From Lytechinus pictus (taxonomy: Eukaryota): a DNA stretch of 64,000 nt. The translations under genes were made by a program, and so were the position numbers. The DNA is taken from the NCBI RefSeq assembly GCF_037042905.1, contig NC_087246.1, positions 51,460,001 to 51,524,000 of the forward strand, given 5' to 3'. The notes below the pieces were generated by a model. It had not been told where the DNA came from, ran no database searches, and worked only from the letters and a program-made list of their open reading frames with translations. Position 1 is the first letter of the stretch. Each line of letters opens with the position of its first letter. Positions 41,226-55,000 of this stretch are shown here, piece after piece.

Positions 41226-42889
41226 GACTATCTAATAAATATGTGCATTCATAAAAGGTATGTAGTATATAGTCAGCAGTTTCCCAGCATGAAGTTTGGC
41301 CAAATAGAATAAACTGACAAAGGATCAAAGAATTGCAGCACTAGATAAAATGGTACATAACATACAGTATCCATAGTTTGTCAAGGATGAAATCTTTTAG
41401 CAAAACATGTGGAAATCTTGCTTTTCTTAATGTGTAATATACCTCTGAAACCTAGCATCTTAAGAGGCTATGATTATGACCAAATTGAATAACTACAAAC
41501 TGCTGATCTACAACTTGGCTAACTCAAAGGTATGCCAATTAACACAAGTGCAATATTCTGAGGGTTGAGACTTACATATTTCGGGCGGAAAAACAGTATT
41601 TTAAACTTTTCTGCGAAAGACATTGTAAGTAAAATAATTTGGGAATACAGTATTATTAGTAAAACCATATTACTATTCACCCAAGATTTCACATGTATGT
41701 TCTATTTCACGAAAATGACAAACACATCATGATTGCTATTTTCTTTCAGCAAACAAACAACTCATTACTCATTACATTTTTTTTAGAACTAATTATTCCT
41801 CCAGATTTTGATGACTATCTTTACACACAAATTTGATAATTGTTTGTTGCATTTTGTGTTTTTACTTATTTTTCTGCAAAACTTTTTGTTATTATTTATC
41901 TATTTTTTTCATCAGCCATAATTTTATTACGAACAAAATATACAGTGCAGCATTATAAATATCCTGAGAAAACCAATGAAACACAGAGAACATCTGTAAA
42001 AGCGCTTAGTGAAAAAAGGTGTCTTTCATGATACATACAAAACTATGGTGTAGCATGCCAAAATAAAGAACATTACGAAATACAATATTCATGCCATGCT
42101 TCAATTAAAACATGCATTTCTCTGCATCTATGATTCATCAGTGATCTCAATTTCATTCAATTTAAATTAGAAACTTTCAGACACAGCATCCGTATCCAAC
42201 ATTTGGAAACATAATAACAACATCTACATTACACATAAATATCTTCCTATTGGATTAACTACAGGTACATGATATACCAAAAAAAGTAAAACAATATTTT
42301 TCTTATTTAAGCACTTCTTTGGTTGAGGCACAACTTTATCAGTGAATGTGGGATTTCTGTCTCCTTAATTGGTTGGTTGGTGGGATTCAGTCGTTCAATG
42401 AGAAACTGTTTTATCTACAGAGGGGGGGGGGGGGGCTCCTATTGACTTATGAAAAAAAAGTAATTGAAGTTAAAAAAGGGTTTAAAAATTAAACTATTAC
42501 TGTATCAGCTACACAATCAACACAAGTAGATACAATTTTTTTTTTTTTGAAAACCACTTTTCAACGACTTCTTTTAGGGATAAGAAATGTGTTGTTAAAA
42601 CTTCAAACAACTTACTGCTCGTAAAGGATCTGTTTGTAATCAAGTTAATGCTAGAGAACACCACTTTCTTAATTGAAACCAATCTCCTACAAACAAGACT
42701 TCCATAAGAGAACAAATTCTTGTTACAAGAATCCACTGGTAATATATAAATAAAACGCACCATGACGATACTATTGGACACAATATATAAAGTTTTGTAG
42801 TAGTATTTTCATTTTAAAAAGATCATTTTGCATCATAAATTATTGGCAGCTTTGAAAAGAAGGCAGCATGAAACATGCATGGTCAAACA

Positions 42890-43065
42890 TCATGCTTTGG
42901 CAGTCACATCACTGTATACTTTGCCTCGATTCTGCACAGCAGCATAACGTACCCCAGCAGTAGTTGCTTTATTGATCGTCCTGGTCTGACGATACCAGAG
43001 ATACCCTGCTATGACTGCCACAATCACGCTGATCAGTATTATGGGAACTACTATGGCTGCTACAT
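42890..43065 (-). CDS. Alternative terminal exon B: TM helix + tail with two YxxV motifs
   Basis: aatcag|AT GTA..; VAAIVVPIILISVIVAVIAGYLWY-RQTRTINKATTAGVRYAAVQNRGKVYSDVTAKA*; in phase with the stalk exon. Confidence 0.82.
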
Positions 43066-46000
43066 CTGATTCACACAAAAAGAGTGTAGGGGTTGGACGA
43101 GGTAAGAGGAATAGTTAGGAGTGAAAAGAGAGAGTGAAATAAATAAAGTAAATAATCCAATTTGAAGATCAATACATATAGTTAGATTATTTCCTTTTTG
43201 AAACATCTACTTGTGAAATGAAGAGCAATGGACACTGTTCATCTATCAATCATTGGGTGATGTCAAGCATATTTTTTTTTAATGTTGAAAGCTTTGAAAG
43301 CTACTGAAAATAATTATGTCTAAATAAGACGAGTGAATATTTCATCAAAATATGACAACAAATAGCAAAGTCATTGAATGTTAAAGTTTAGCAAAAAGTT
43401 CTGTAAAAATATGCATGTCGTCATAAATATGTGTTAGGTGGGCTGATGTCATGTCCCCGATTTCCTTTTTCTTATGTTTATTTCTTATTTTCATATATGT
43501 GTATGCTATGTCTCCCTTTTTAAGTTCTAAAAGAAGTTGCAGAAATGCATATATGCATGAAGTCTATTGTCAATCCAATTTTTTGTCATTCTTCGACAAA
43601 ATTTGAATAAATATTTTTCATATCTAAAAGACAAAAGAATAGGTGGGGATATGACATCATCAACTTGCTCATTGCATATTCATGGAGACATGCATAGAAC
43701 TGTTTGACTGAAATAATGCAAAACCTAAAATAACTTTGTTATTCCTTGTCCAACTTTGATAAAAATGTCAATGTTTAGTTTGTCTGAACTTACTTTATCT
43801 GTGTAAATTACCATATCTGTTTGAATCATAGTAGGCCTACAGTTTTATTTCCAGCCTGGAGTAGCCTTTTTTTAAAGTGCAACAACACTAACAGGAATAC
43901 ACAAACAACACAAATAAATATTGATAATGACTTTGATGGCTTGAAACTGAGTGACTTCACACCTTCAAGTGAAAACATCTCAAATTCAATCGGGTGATGT
44001 TAAGTTCTGTGTTGACGTTTTGATGTTGGTGTTAAATCATTTTTTCTGTCGGCACAACACCAAGCTTTATCAACTAAATTGGTCTTGTGACAAATCTTTT
44101 TAAGAGTTGAGCTATCTAAAGGAACAAGAGTTGGATTATTTTTGTTAACTCAGAGCAGGTGTTGTAGCTAGAAAATGCAATCCAAATTGTGCTTCTAACA
44201 CAACACCAATATCAACACCAAACTTGAAATCACCCACTGTAAAAGGTATAACATGTCAAAAGCAAAGTAAATGAGATATAGCAACAATATGATCATACAT
44301 AGATTGCAGAGGAATGAAGAAAAACTATTATAAGTCTTTAAAAAAATTTAGAGCTTGGATAATGTGCAGATTTGCAATAGTTTTGATAAAAAAAGACATT
44401 ATTGTGAGATTTTCACTAGGTACATGGTCATGAGATTCATAAACATCAAAACAAAGCCCAAACTTGGGAAAAAGTCCCCAAGCCCTAGTACTTTGGCTGG
44501 TGTTGTTAAATGAGAAATTACATAGAAACCATTAACACTAACCATTACATTAAGTTTGAAACCTTCAACATTAGTCTTCAATAAGAACTTCTTACTAATA
44601 ATTATTTCATGTATGTCATACATATGTCCCACCACCAGTTTTGTTTCAAGTTTGGTGATGTCAGCTAGTGTTGGCATATTAAACAAAAAATACCGAGACC
44701 AACTGTCAAACACCAAAAGTACAATCACCGATCATGGCCCAGAATTGGTTGCTTTTGTGTTCCGAGTGTGTCGATACCACAAATACCCGACTATAACTGC
44801 CACTATCACGACGATCAGAACAATAGGTACCACAATGGCTGCCACATCTGATTTTTTTAAATAAATGGCAAGAAAGAGGAAGAGAGAGATATGAGTGAAA
44901 ATGATAATTGACATAATGGTTAGAGAATGACACACATATACACATAATTGGGAAAGAGAGGAAGACAGGTGTGAGAGAAATAATATTTAACATACAATTT
45001 ATTTTGGGGATCAATTTGCTATATTACAAACATATAGACAGAAAGAAAAATAAGTGAGTGAGAACTTGTTTACAACAGAACTTCTTGTGTACACCACATA
45101 AACAAATGAGAGGGAGAGAGAGGGGGGGGGGGGGCAGAAAGAGAGAGAGGGAAAGAAAGAGAAGGGGGAAGTGAGAACTGATATTTTGTGCATGTTAAAC
45201 AATACATTTAGAAATTAAGGCTTACTTCAAACAAACCCATATAAAAGTATTACCAAGTTGCAGCATTATTAAACATTTAGAGATTTTTTTAGGGGATGAT
45301 AATGGAATGTTGATTATGGTATAGGCCTGATAAAGACTTTTATGATACAACATATAACTTCTTTATTTTTTGTCTGAAAAAAAAAGGTTTTAATGAGAAA
45401 GAGAACCCCTCGCGAAATTTAATTTTCCTCTCGAAAAAGTTGATAACTTGAGATGGCAAATGGCAAGATTGCTTTGTAAAATTCCAACTTATGCTCCAAA
45501 GGTAAAATCAATGTAATATCATCAATGGAAATTGATGAATACATGTAAAGTATAAAAAGCTTAATAGAGCAGTGATGGTAACTTACTGACTGCGTTGGTA
45601 TTGGGTTGTGGTGATTGGCTGGCTGTAGTCATCATCACCACCGGGTTAGTAGTTTCATCTTCAGCCTGGGTAGATGCTGTGGGACTACGGGTTGTTGAAG
45701 TTGTCGTTGACATCATGGTGGGAACTGGACTATCATCTGTATAGTATAAGACAAGTGTGAATTTTAAATCAAGATAATAACAAAGCCATGAGAACATATA
45801 CTGATGAGAGGTAATGCTACTTTTGAGATGATCAAAAGCTCAAGTAAAGTTTTGATAGCAAAACAAGGAATTGGGATAATTTCAAAATTGACATTCAGGT
45901 ACCATACCAAAGTTGAAAATCCCAGACTTCATCTAACTATAACTTTAAATAAATGTGTCAGAATGCATGACAGAAAGGGGCAGGGGTTATGTACCCCTTG

Positions 46001-49000
46001 TGTAGTAATATATTCTCCTTCCCATTTTCCACTTGTAAGATTTTTGAGGGGGGGGGGCAATTTCATCATTTTGGAGGAGTGACAACATGTTTTATGAGTC
46101 CAATTTTGAAGAAGTCAATCCACACGGTTTTCTTGAGATTAAAAAAAAAAAAAAGCTACCTAAAGGAAATTTCTGAACCCACTCACCCAAACCATTCAGA
46201 TATTTTTATTGTCCATAATGCAATTAGTAACAAATGGAAATTCAATTTGTTCACACAAAAGTAATTTAGAATGTCTAAAGATAGAATGTCTTTAATAAGA
46301 TACAAAGATTACATGATACATATATGTAAACATTATACAAGTCAACAAAGATCAGTGAAATTAAGATAGAGGCGGGGGGGGGGGGGTGTGGGTAATACCA
46401 TTTTATGGCTATTAAATGAACGGATTGAGACAGGAATAAAAGAATTTACGAAGCGTGAGTTTCTGCCGGGAGGTGATCTCAGATGTTTGACTGTCCTAAT
46501 CAAATTATAATATTTACGGAAAGCACCCTTTTTCTTTTATTTTAGAGGCTTGCTTTTAAATTCTTTTTAGTTTTTGTAGATCATCTTTCCTACTCGCATG
46601 TATTAAAACAATAAAACCTCCCTTAAACATGGAACCTCCCTTGAATTAACACTCACTATCCTGTATGGTAACTCGTGTGGTGCCATCTACGACGGTTCCC
46701 ATGTTAGCTTCTCCACGTGACTCGATGGTTATGGATACCGTGAAGGATTCATCAGTCTCTATTATATCGTCATCAATGAGGAGGATATCAATACCAACTC
46801 TGGTTTGACCCTCTAGCATGGTGTGTGTGCTACCCACAGTCGGGGCAAAATCCTGTCCTTCTAATGCTGTCTCACCGGTAAAAGTCACATCTGCAATGAA
46901 ATATTCAAGGAAGAACATTCCATCATTAATTTTTACTAAAATACTGTAATAATATAGAGTAGAATAAAGTATAACACAACATTCTAGGTTTCACTTCATT
47001 GGGTTAAATATGAACGTTATATACACTCAGCAAAAAAAGTTCTTGGACACTTATAAAAGTTAAAATATTCCATATAGATATTTGATTAAAGGCAAATTAT
47101 TGTATGTCAACATGACCAGATAATATTCCTATTCCAGTATGACATGACATTTTCATGTGAACAGTCATGCATGGGTAGTTAAATGCTTTAAACAATAGCA
47201 ATGTCAGTAAAAGAAAATTGCAAGAAATGGATCAGTCAGTGCATGGCTGGTTTAAACAATGGCAATGTCAGTTAAAGAAAATTGCAAGAAAACGATCAGT
47301 CATTCTTTCAGTTGTGAAAGTTTGTGTGGCATAAATATCCATTAAACGATAAAAGCAAACTTAAAGGCAAATACCACTCTAAAAGTGAAGAGAAAGTTAT
47401 CCACCTTGGATGCATCACTATTCCATTGGAATTTTAAGTCAAAGTTAGTTGATGAAAAAAATGTCAAATTTCAGTATCTTGGCATAAGAAAAAGAAAATT
47501 ATCCTTATCCTACTATCTTCTGCAGGGGTGGTGGCCCTAGGTCGACCACTCCTAAGGCGGTCTCTAACTTCATCAGTAGCCAAATACCGCTGGTTCAAAT
47601 TTGAAATTGTTGTTGGTGAAACTTGGAAATATCGAGCCACTTGTCTAAATGACTGCCCAGACTGCAACATTCCTATTGCTCTTGCACGCTCTTGGTTGGA
47701 AAGCTTCATCTTGAAAGTGAGTGTCCAAATGATCCATCGCATTATGCATCCCTAAGCATTCAATTCAAATGATGACCAACTGTTGAAATTGTTGAATGTA
47801 TGCCTACAGGATGGCCATGATCATTAGCATTTGAGTGGTCCATTTCTTGCAAATTTCTTTTACTGACATTGCTATTGATTAAAGCATTTAACCACCCATG
47901 CATGACTGTTCACATGAAAATGTCATGTCATACTGGAAGAGGAATATTGTCTGGTCATGTTGACATACAATAATTTGCCTTTAATCAAATAACTATATGG
48001 AATATTTTAACTTTTATAAGTGTCCAAGAACTTTTTTTGCTGAGTGTATTACAATTGCAACATCCATTTCATATCCCCTTGAAGATTGAATGGTTAATCA
48101 GATTAAATGTCTTGATAACTCATTTTCTCTGATGATATACCTACTTTACAATAACTGGTGAATTCATGATAGTTCAAAAACTTTATTACGAATGAAAATA
48201 TTCTATTTCATCAAATTATATTATTCCAAAATAAATTTTACACCAAAAGAACAAAAGAAATAAAAGTCTGTTTTCAAATTAATCATATATGCCAATCTTC
48301 ACTTTATATTAGTTTTTCCTTTCAAGTTCAGTGATGCACAATGAACATCCAATCTCTGTAATAGTGTGTAAAGATGATTATCAATGTCATATGCACTTTA
48401 AAATATACACTATCATCACAAAACATGAGGACATATCCTCCATTGTTGAACTTCACATGGAAAGATGCCGTTGTTTTGCATACAAAATGGAAAACAACCA
48501 TTGTTTTGATAGAATCGCATAAGCTTGGCAGACAGCCAGACACGCAAACTAAATTTCTCTCCATGGGAATTTCATATCATATCATAAATGGGTAAGCCCA
48601 TCGCGTTCATTGGGTCCATTTTTGTGACATACCAAAACTATAAAACTGTGTCTCATTTAAACCAGGCAAATATCTTCTAATGATTACTTCTGCAAAAATG
48701 GTGGCCCACAAAGGATTACTACTTAAATATCAATCATGATTTCCAATGATATATATGAGTGTGATAGATCCATGTACCATTGGTTAAAAAGTTAATTTAT
48801 GCTACAACAAATCCAGAAAAGATTTCAAGATCAAACATGAATTGCTACGGTGGAGACATTCCTCACACAGATCTACACTGTGAAATAGAATAGTTGATAC
48901 CTAATTTACAAGGACATCTTGTAATTTTTTTTTACCCAACCCGATGGACTCGCCCAAATACAAGAAAAGATTTCTGGTAACTTATGACAATAGTCAGTGT

Positions 49001-52000
49001 AAATCACTGACTACATATTTGATGAAATGCTCTGAATTACAGTTTACACTTCCTACAGACATGGTTCAAATTTCTGAGAGAACAGTATATTTCTCAAGTG
49101 GCTGCCATTAAGGTCATGGGCATGTGATTTACTACCACAACTGCTTGTTCTTAAATCCTTTATACTTTTCTCTTTGATATTTGAACCCTATCTAAAGGAA
49201 GTTATGAACCATGATCGGGAGTATTCCTGGAAAATATAGTCAGTAATTTGCACTGACTTTTGTTATAAGCCACTAAAAATCCTTGCATCTGATTGGCTGA
49301 GAGCGACTCATTATGAAATGCTCCACGAGGATGGATTGCACCACCCTCCTCATCCAGGATATCGCCAAAAATACATTCTAAAACCAGCAGCTTTGGTATA
49401 TTATACTTAATGATCATTATTCTAAAATTCAATATCAACAAAAATGAAGTGATCGTTGCATGATTTATCACTGATTTATTCTTGAACAAAATTTGAATTT
49501 AGTCTTTCAATGCCTCTCTTTGCAATGGTTATTTGAATATAAAATCCCCATCAACATACAGAATTAGTTATGAAATATCAGGAGGAGGTTCTAATGAATA
49601 TTGTATCATTAAATATGTGCCCATTCCATGGTTTTAGAAGTGGTTTATACCAAAATGAAAAATGAACCAAAAAGTATGTACTGCAATTCAAATCATTACA
49701 TCTAAGTTGTGAATTCTACATGTTTTTATCTAGGATCTCTTGCCCAATATATGTCTCGTGAACTGACAATGAACCTAAATTTAGAAAATTTATAAACTAT
49801 TGATTTTCTGAAACTTGATATACTGGTTTTAATAAATGCCTAACAAACTTTTGAAGTATGTATTTCATCATAACAACATGACTGACTTAATTTCCAGTAT
49901 AAAGCATTAATTGGTTATGAATTATGTATCGATAATTTGCAAAGCTTACTGGTACTTGTTTTGATGTCATTTGTAATGCATAAACCTGTTTCATATATTC
50001 TCCCTTTTCTGAGATATTTAGGGGTGTTAAAAAAAAACCTGCGATGAAGATCAAAGCTATTACCATTAAGTATTTCAACCACATGAAACATGATTTCAGG
50101 TGTATGACAAAATTCATCATCAAGGCCAGAATTTTAAACACACAAACAACCACACAAACCAAAATCTCTCATTTGTGACTTTGTAAACAAGTTGTAATCA
50201 CCAAAGAATGCATTATCAAATTATTTATGCATATCATAATACCTATGAATTCTAACACCCCACACAAACAAGAGTATAAACACCAAAATAGCCTTGAATA
50301 GAACAAACTAAAATTCATTGATTTTTGGTACAGGTAAGGCCATCTTTGAGATGAACACCCCACTAACAATTTTTGTTCTTTTAATCAAAATTTCAATGTT
50401 ACCTGGTTGTTTTTATTTTCTTTCCTCTCATACAACTCTGCACTGGAGTACAGGAAGGGGGGGGGGGGAATGGACCCTCAAAATTTTCCATGACCAAGAA
50501 AAAAATAGAAAAAAGAAAGAGAGAAGGGTGAAATATGATATTATTTTCTGAATATTATGGAAAAATCTATCACAAAATTTGAGTTTCGTAATAAAAAAAT
50601 TCTAATTTTTGCTTGCTCGCAACTTTTTACAAATTTTGCCAGATACGCCATATCTGGCCCCCTCAAAATGTTTGCCTTATTATGCCACTGCAACTCTGTC
50701 TCTCTCTCTCTCCGTCCAAGATCTTTCTATGTTTCAAAAGGGTTGAAATGCCCTGTTTAATTTCCTTGATGTGGTCTTGGTAATGTTAGTTTATTTATTC
50801 TGCTTAGAATGTTATACTTAAAGGAGAATGAAACCCTTGGAGCAAGTTAGCTTTTGTGAAAGCAGAAAAATCAAAGAATAAGATCAACAAAAGTTTGAGT
50901 AAAATAGGACTAGCAATAGAAGAGTTATGAGCATTTGAATGTCGAGATCACTAATGCTATGGAGATCCTCCCATTGGCAATGCGACCAAGATCTATGATG
51001 TCACAGATGAACAACTCTCCCCTTTTGAACACTGAAAATATACCCCAAAACATCTCTTTTTGCTCATTCTAATCATATGACAAACGATTCATCAATGATA
51101 TAATGTTGTGAAACCTCTGTACTTGTCCTCTCATAAAGAGAACACCTCAACTTGTGATAGACTCTATAAAAGTGAGAATATAGGTAAAATAAGTACTAAA
51201 GTAATGAGGGAGTTGTACGTGTGTGACATCACAGATCTTGGTCGCATTGCCAATGGTAGGATCTACATGGCATTAGTGATCTCAATATTCAAATGCTCAT
51301 AACTTTCTTATTATTCATTCAATCTTCCTCAAACTTTCAACAATATGTTTCTTTGATTTTTCTCTTTGATATGGATTCAGCTGGTTTCAAGGGTTTCATT
51401 CTCCTTTAATTACTCTTTCTTACCGAACTGCACGATTGTCCCCACTATACCAGTTCTAGTAACCACAACTTCAGCAACTCCAGCATCCTCTGCTACTCTG
51501 TATTCAAGTTCTTCAAACGAAAACAAGGCAGAGGCCGGCTCTGCTAATGCATCTGTAAATTCAAAATAATAACACGACCACAATGAGATGTTCAGACATT
51601 TGAATTAAACTGGGTTCCAAAAGAAACATATCAAACTTATAAATTCCACTCAGTCAAACTGAACAAAATTTTGACACAGGCTATCTTCAATAATCTTTAC
51701 TAAGCACATATCAATAATTAAGAGATTGGTTTAATCACAAAGAGGCTGTAGCCCCTCAATTCAATTGGTTCCGGAATCCAAAGTCACAAAATGGCAACAA
51801 CAAAAAAAAAGACTGGCCAATGAAAAGGGGGGTGGGATTGAATGATCTTACCAGTTTATTAAAGTTCCCATGCAGTATGGCCATTGGCATGTTGAATTGA
51901 TTGCCTCAATAAACTAAGAAGTTACAGAATTTAAAATTAACATTTTAAACACACCTATTGAGGTCAAAGAAGCATAATGCATGAATGGACTCAATAGCAG

Positions 52001-55000
52001 TCAAGCAAAGAATGACCATTTGGTTTAATCCCATCTCATTTTCATTGGTCTAATTCCTTTGCCATTTTGTGACTTTGGATTCCGGAACCAATTGATTTGA
52101 GGGGCTACAGCCTCTTAATTATTGACATGTGCTTAGTAAAGATTAATGAAGCTAGCCTGTGTCAAAATTTTGTTCATTTTGACTGAGTGGAATTTGTGTA
52201 GCGCACTTGTGAAGTTTGATAAGTTTCTTTTGGAACAGTTTATGTTCTTCATGTCCGGAGCTTCATAGTCTGAATGCCCAGAAGAGTGACTACTAAAAAA
52301 AAACCACCAACTTTCTTTTATATAAAAAGCATGACACAATAACACATCATATTGCATTAACACACATAAGGAATACAAGCAATATGAGAAACAATTGCAG
52401 AATTTAGGAAAAGTATAACATTAAGAGTAAATATCACATGATTTAATAGTTGGATGATTGGTCTAAAAATAACGAATTTCTTCATTTTTAAAAGGGAACA
52501 TTGATAGTATAGTTTTTTTTCTATCTTTCATAAACAGAATCATGTTTCAAAAGAATATACATATATTTGAATGTATTTTAGTTGTGCGATGCCATTAATG
52601 TCATGAAATATACATAATATTTGAAGTTGTGCAATGTCATTAATGTCATGAAATGAAAGTTTCAATCACTAAAAGAATGCATTTAATTTTAATATTTCTT
52701 GCAGGGTTTTAACTGTTATCTAGTCAGTTTTCTAAGTGAAATAATCAAATGCATCTTTGTGTATTGTACTTACCTATAGCTTCAAATATTGTTTCAGAAG
52801 TACCCGAGCATTCACCAGTGAGAACAGGGCTATTACTCGATGCCAACCAACCTTTTAACCAAGCATTCGCCGCATTACTACAATCAAATGGATTACCATT
52901 CAACAACCTGTATTGAAAAAGATGATTGCATTCCGATTATCAAACAAATTTTGTCGGCCCAGTCATCCAAACTGTCGTACCACAGATATGACAGTGCAAA
53001 CCCATTTCACAGATAATCAACTTCAAAGTGTACTATAATTTCCACACTTTTGTCCCCAGCCTTACAAGATTTTCATTGCCTGAAACTACATTTTGTTTAT
53101 TTACATATTTGTCTTCTTTACATAGGGTAGCCTGTTCAGTGTTTAAAATACTGTTCTCAACCAGGGTCCTGCAAAATACATATTTACATAGAACAATCAT
53201 AAGAACACAATATACAAAACATGAAATAAAAATTATTACATTACAATACAATTACATGACCAAGACAATTGTTTACATTAGTCTCTTTATTTTGAATACA
53301 CTAAAACAAGAATCCAGGGAAATAATGCAAAAGAGCTACAAGCTTGTAATTTCCGTTTGAGCAGTTCAGATTTTTCCTGTACAAAAACGCCTTAGGACAA
53401 TGCTGACACACTTTCCATAGTATGCGCGATCACCACAATGTCATATCACTGACCGCGCATTTCTCCTCCATCATCTCAAATTTTCTCCTAATGATGTGGT
53501 AAAAAACTGACATTTTCATGGACTAATTTGTACTCAATAATCCATAAAATGATTACATACACTGTTTTGTTCAATCAATCTGAGACGATACATTCTATCT
53601 CCTGTATTTAAGGAGATAAATGGATCACATCATCAGGTAATATGAATATGACATCACTCTCATGGAGATCATTTCATGACTTGCAATCAAAATGATGAAG
53701 TAATAATCCTGCAACATCTTCTAAAGGTTTACCAACAAAGAACTCACATTGGAATAGGTGATTACATATTAATGTTTCCAAATTCCCAATCAGTACCATG
53801 AAGATGTTTGCATTATACTGGTTTATCAACAAAACATCTGTACAAAAAATTGACCCTCATACCAATTGGTCCAGCAGTGTACACATCCACACCATTCTAG
53901 ATTCTAGTCTATCAAATCACCAATATTAACAAATGGTTTTGAGATGATTTTTTTTTCACATTCATGGGATCATTGTTCTATTTCTTTTCTTTAAATAAAA
54001 ATGCCATCAATCCATATGGTAGAATAATATTTGGACATGATCATACTTACAGCTCAGTTAGACCAGACACCAAATTGAAACCAGTCTGATCAAGGGTGGA
54101 AAGACTGTTCTGCTCAAAGTTTCTATAACATGAAAATAATATAGCAATTTTTAAAATATGATAAATTTCAGTGGGAGATCCAGAGAGGGGGAGGGAGAGG
54201 GGGAGAGGGGGAGAGGGCAAGCCCCCATTCCCTGCTGGTCCATTTAGGAGGCAACAATATTTTATTAAAAATATTAAACAAAATTGATTTTTTTTTTCTG
54301 TTTAGAGGCTCTATAAGATTTTCATAGATCAAAAGATTGAATGGATCATTTTTTAATATATAATTTTCTTTCACAATGAAATATGCCTGAATTTCAATTT
54401 TTGAAGTTTGAAAAAAGGCTAAACTGATAAATCATTTCCAATTCTCTATATCAGCCATTCTCAATTAATTTTGTTGAAGCGCCAAATTTCTTGTTGAGAA
54501 TCTGGACTGCTCCACTATCCAACACGCGAATAGCGAAATATTGTGGTATGGGGGGGGGGGGGGGATGCAGGACCAACTGAAGAGCAGAAAGCCTTTTAAA
54601 TGGCCGAGAGGGGTTCTCAATCAACAGAAGATATCAAAATACCAACATACTACACAATTTATTTATCATTTACGATTGGTACAAAGACTATGTATATTAT
54701 ATGTGAACATAGATTTGTGAACAGTGCTTTTAATAATAACAATAATAATCATAATTATGTTTTATTTACTCAGGGTAGCCATTTCGGTTAGGGAACTGCA
54801 GCGGGCCCTGCATTTCCATGTATGTTATTACTACCCTTCTCCAATTTAAATGCTGAGCGCCAAGCAAGAAGGCAGAAGGTTCCATTCCTAAATATATATA
54901 TATATATTTTGTATGACTCTGTTGGGGATCGAACCCACGGCCTCCCGTTCATGAGGCTGACGCTCTACCACTGATCAACATACCCGGTTTGCTTTTTAAA

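Noticed and set aside
44399-44728. 109-aa ORF directly after the exon A stop (possible readthrough or third TM copy)
   Set aside because: GTG start, no convincing homology to exon B, and its start overlaps a short degenerate inverted repeat (~44652-44731)
45561-45586. Secreted isoform by intron read-through after the stalk (..SKLPSLLY*)
   Set aside because: An early stop in AT-rich intron sequence is expected by chance; no independent evidence
53748-53837. Possible extra LRR cassette exon ending AT|gtgagt (tested for a VLR-like cassette pool)
   Set aside because: Stop codon in the required phase and no clean LRR consensus. Similarly weak candidates at 51852-51913 and ~60715-60785 also fail, so there is no support for a cassette array.
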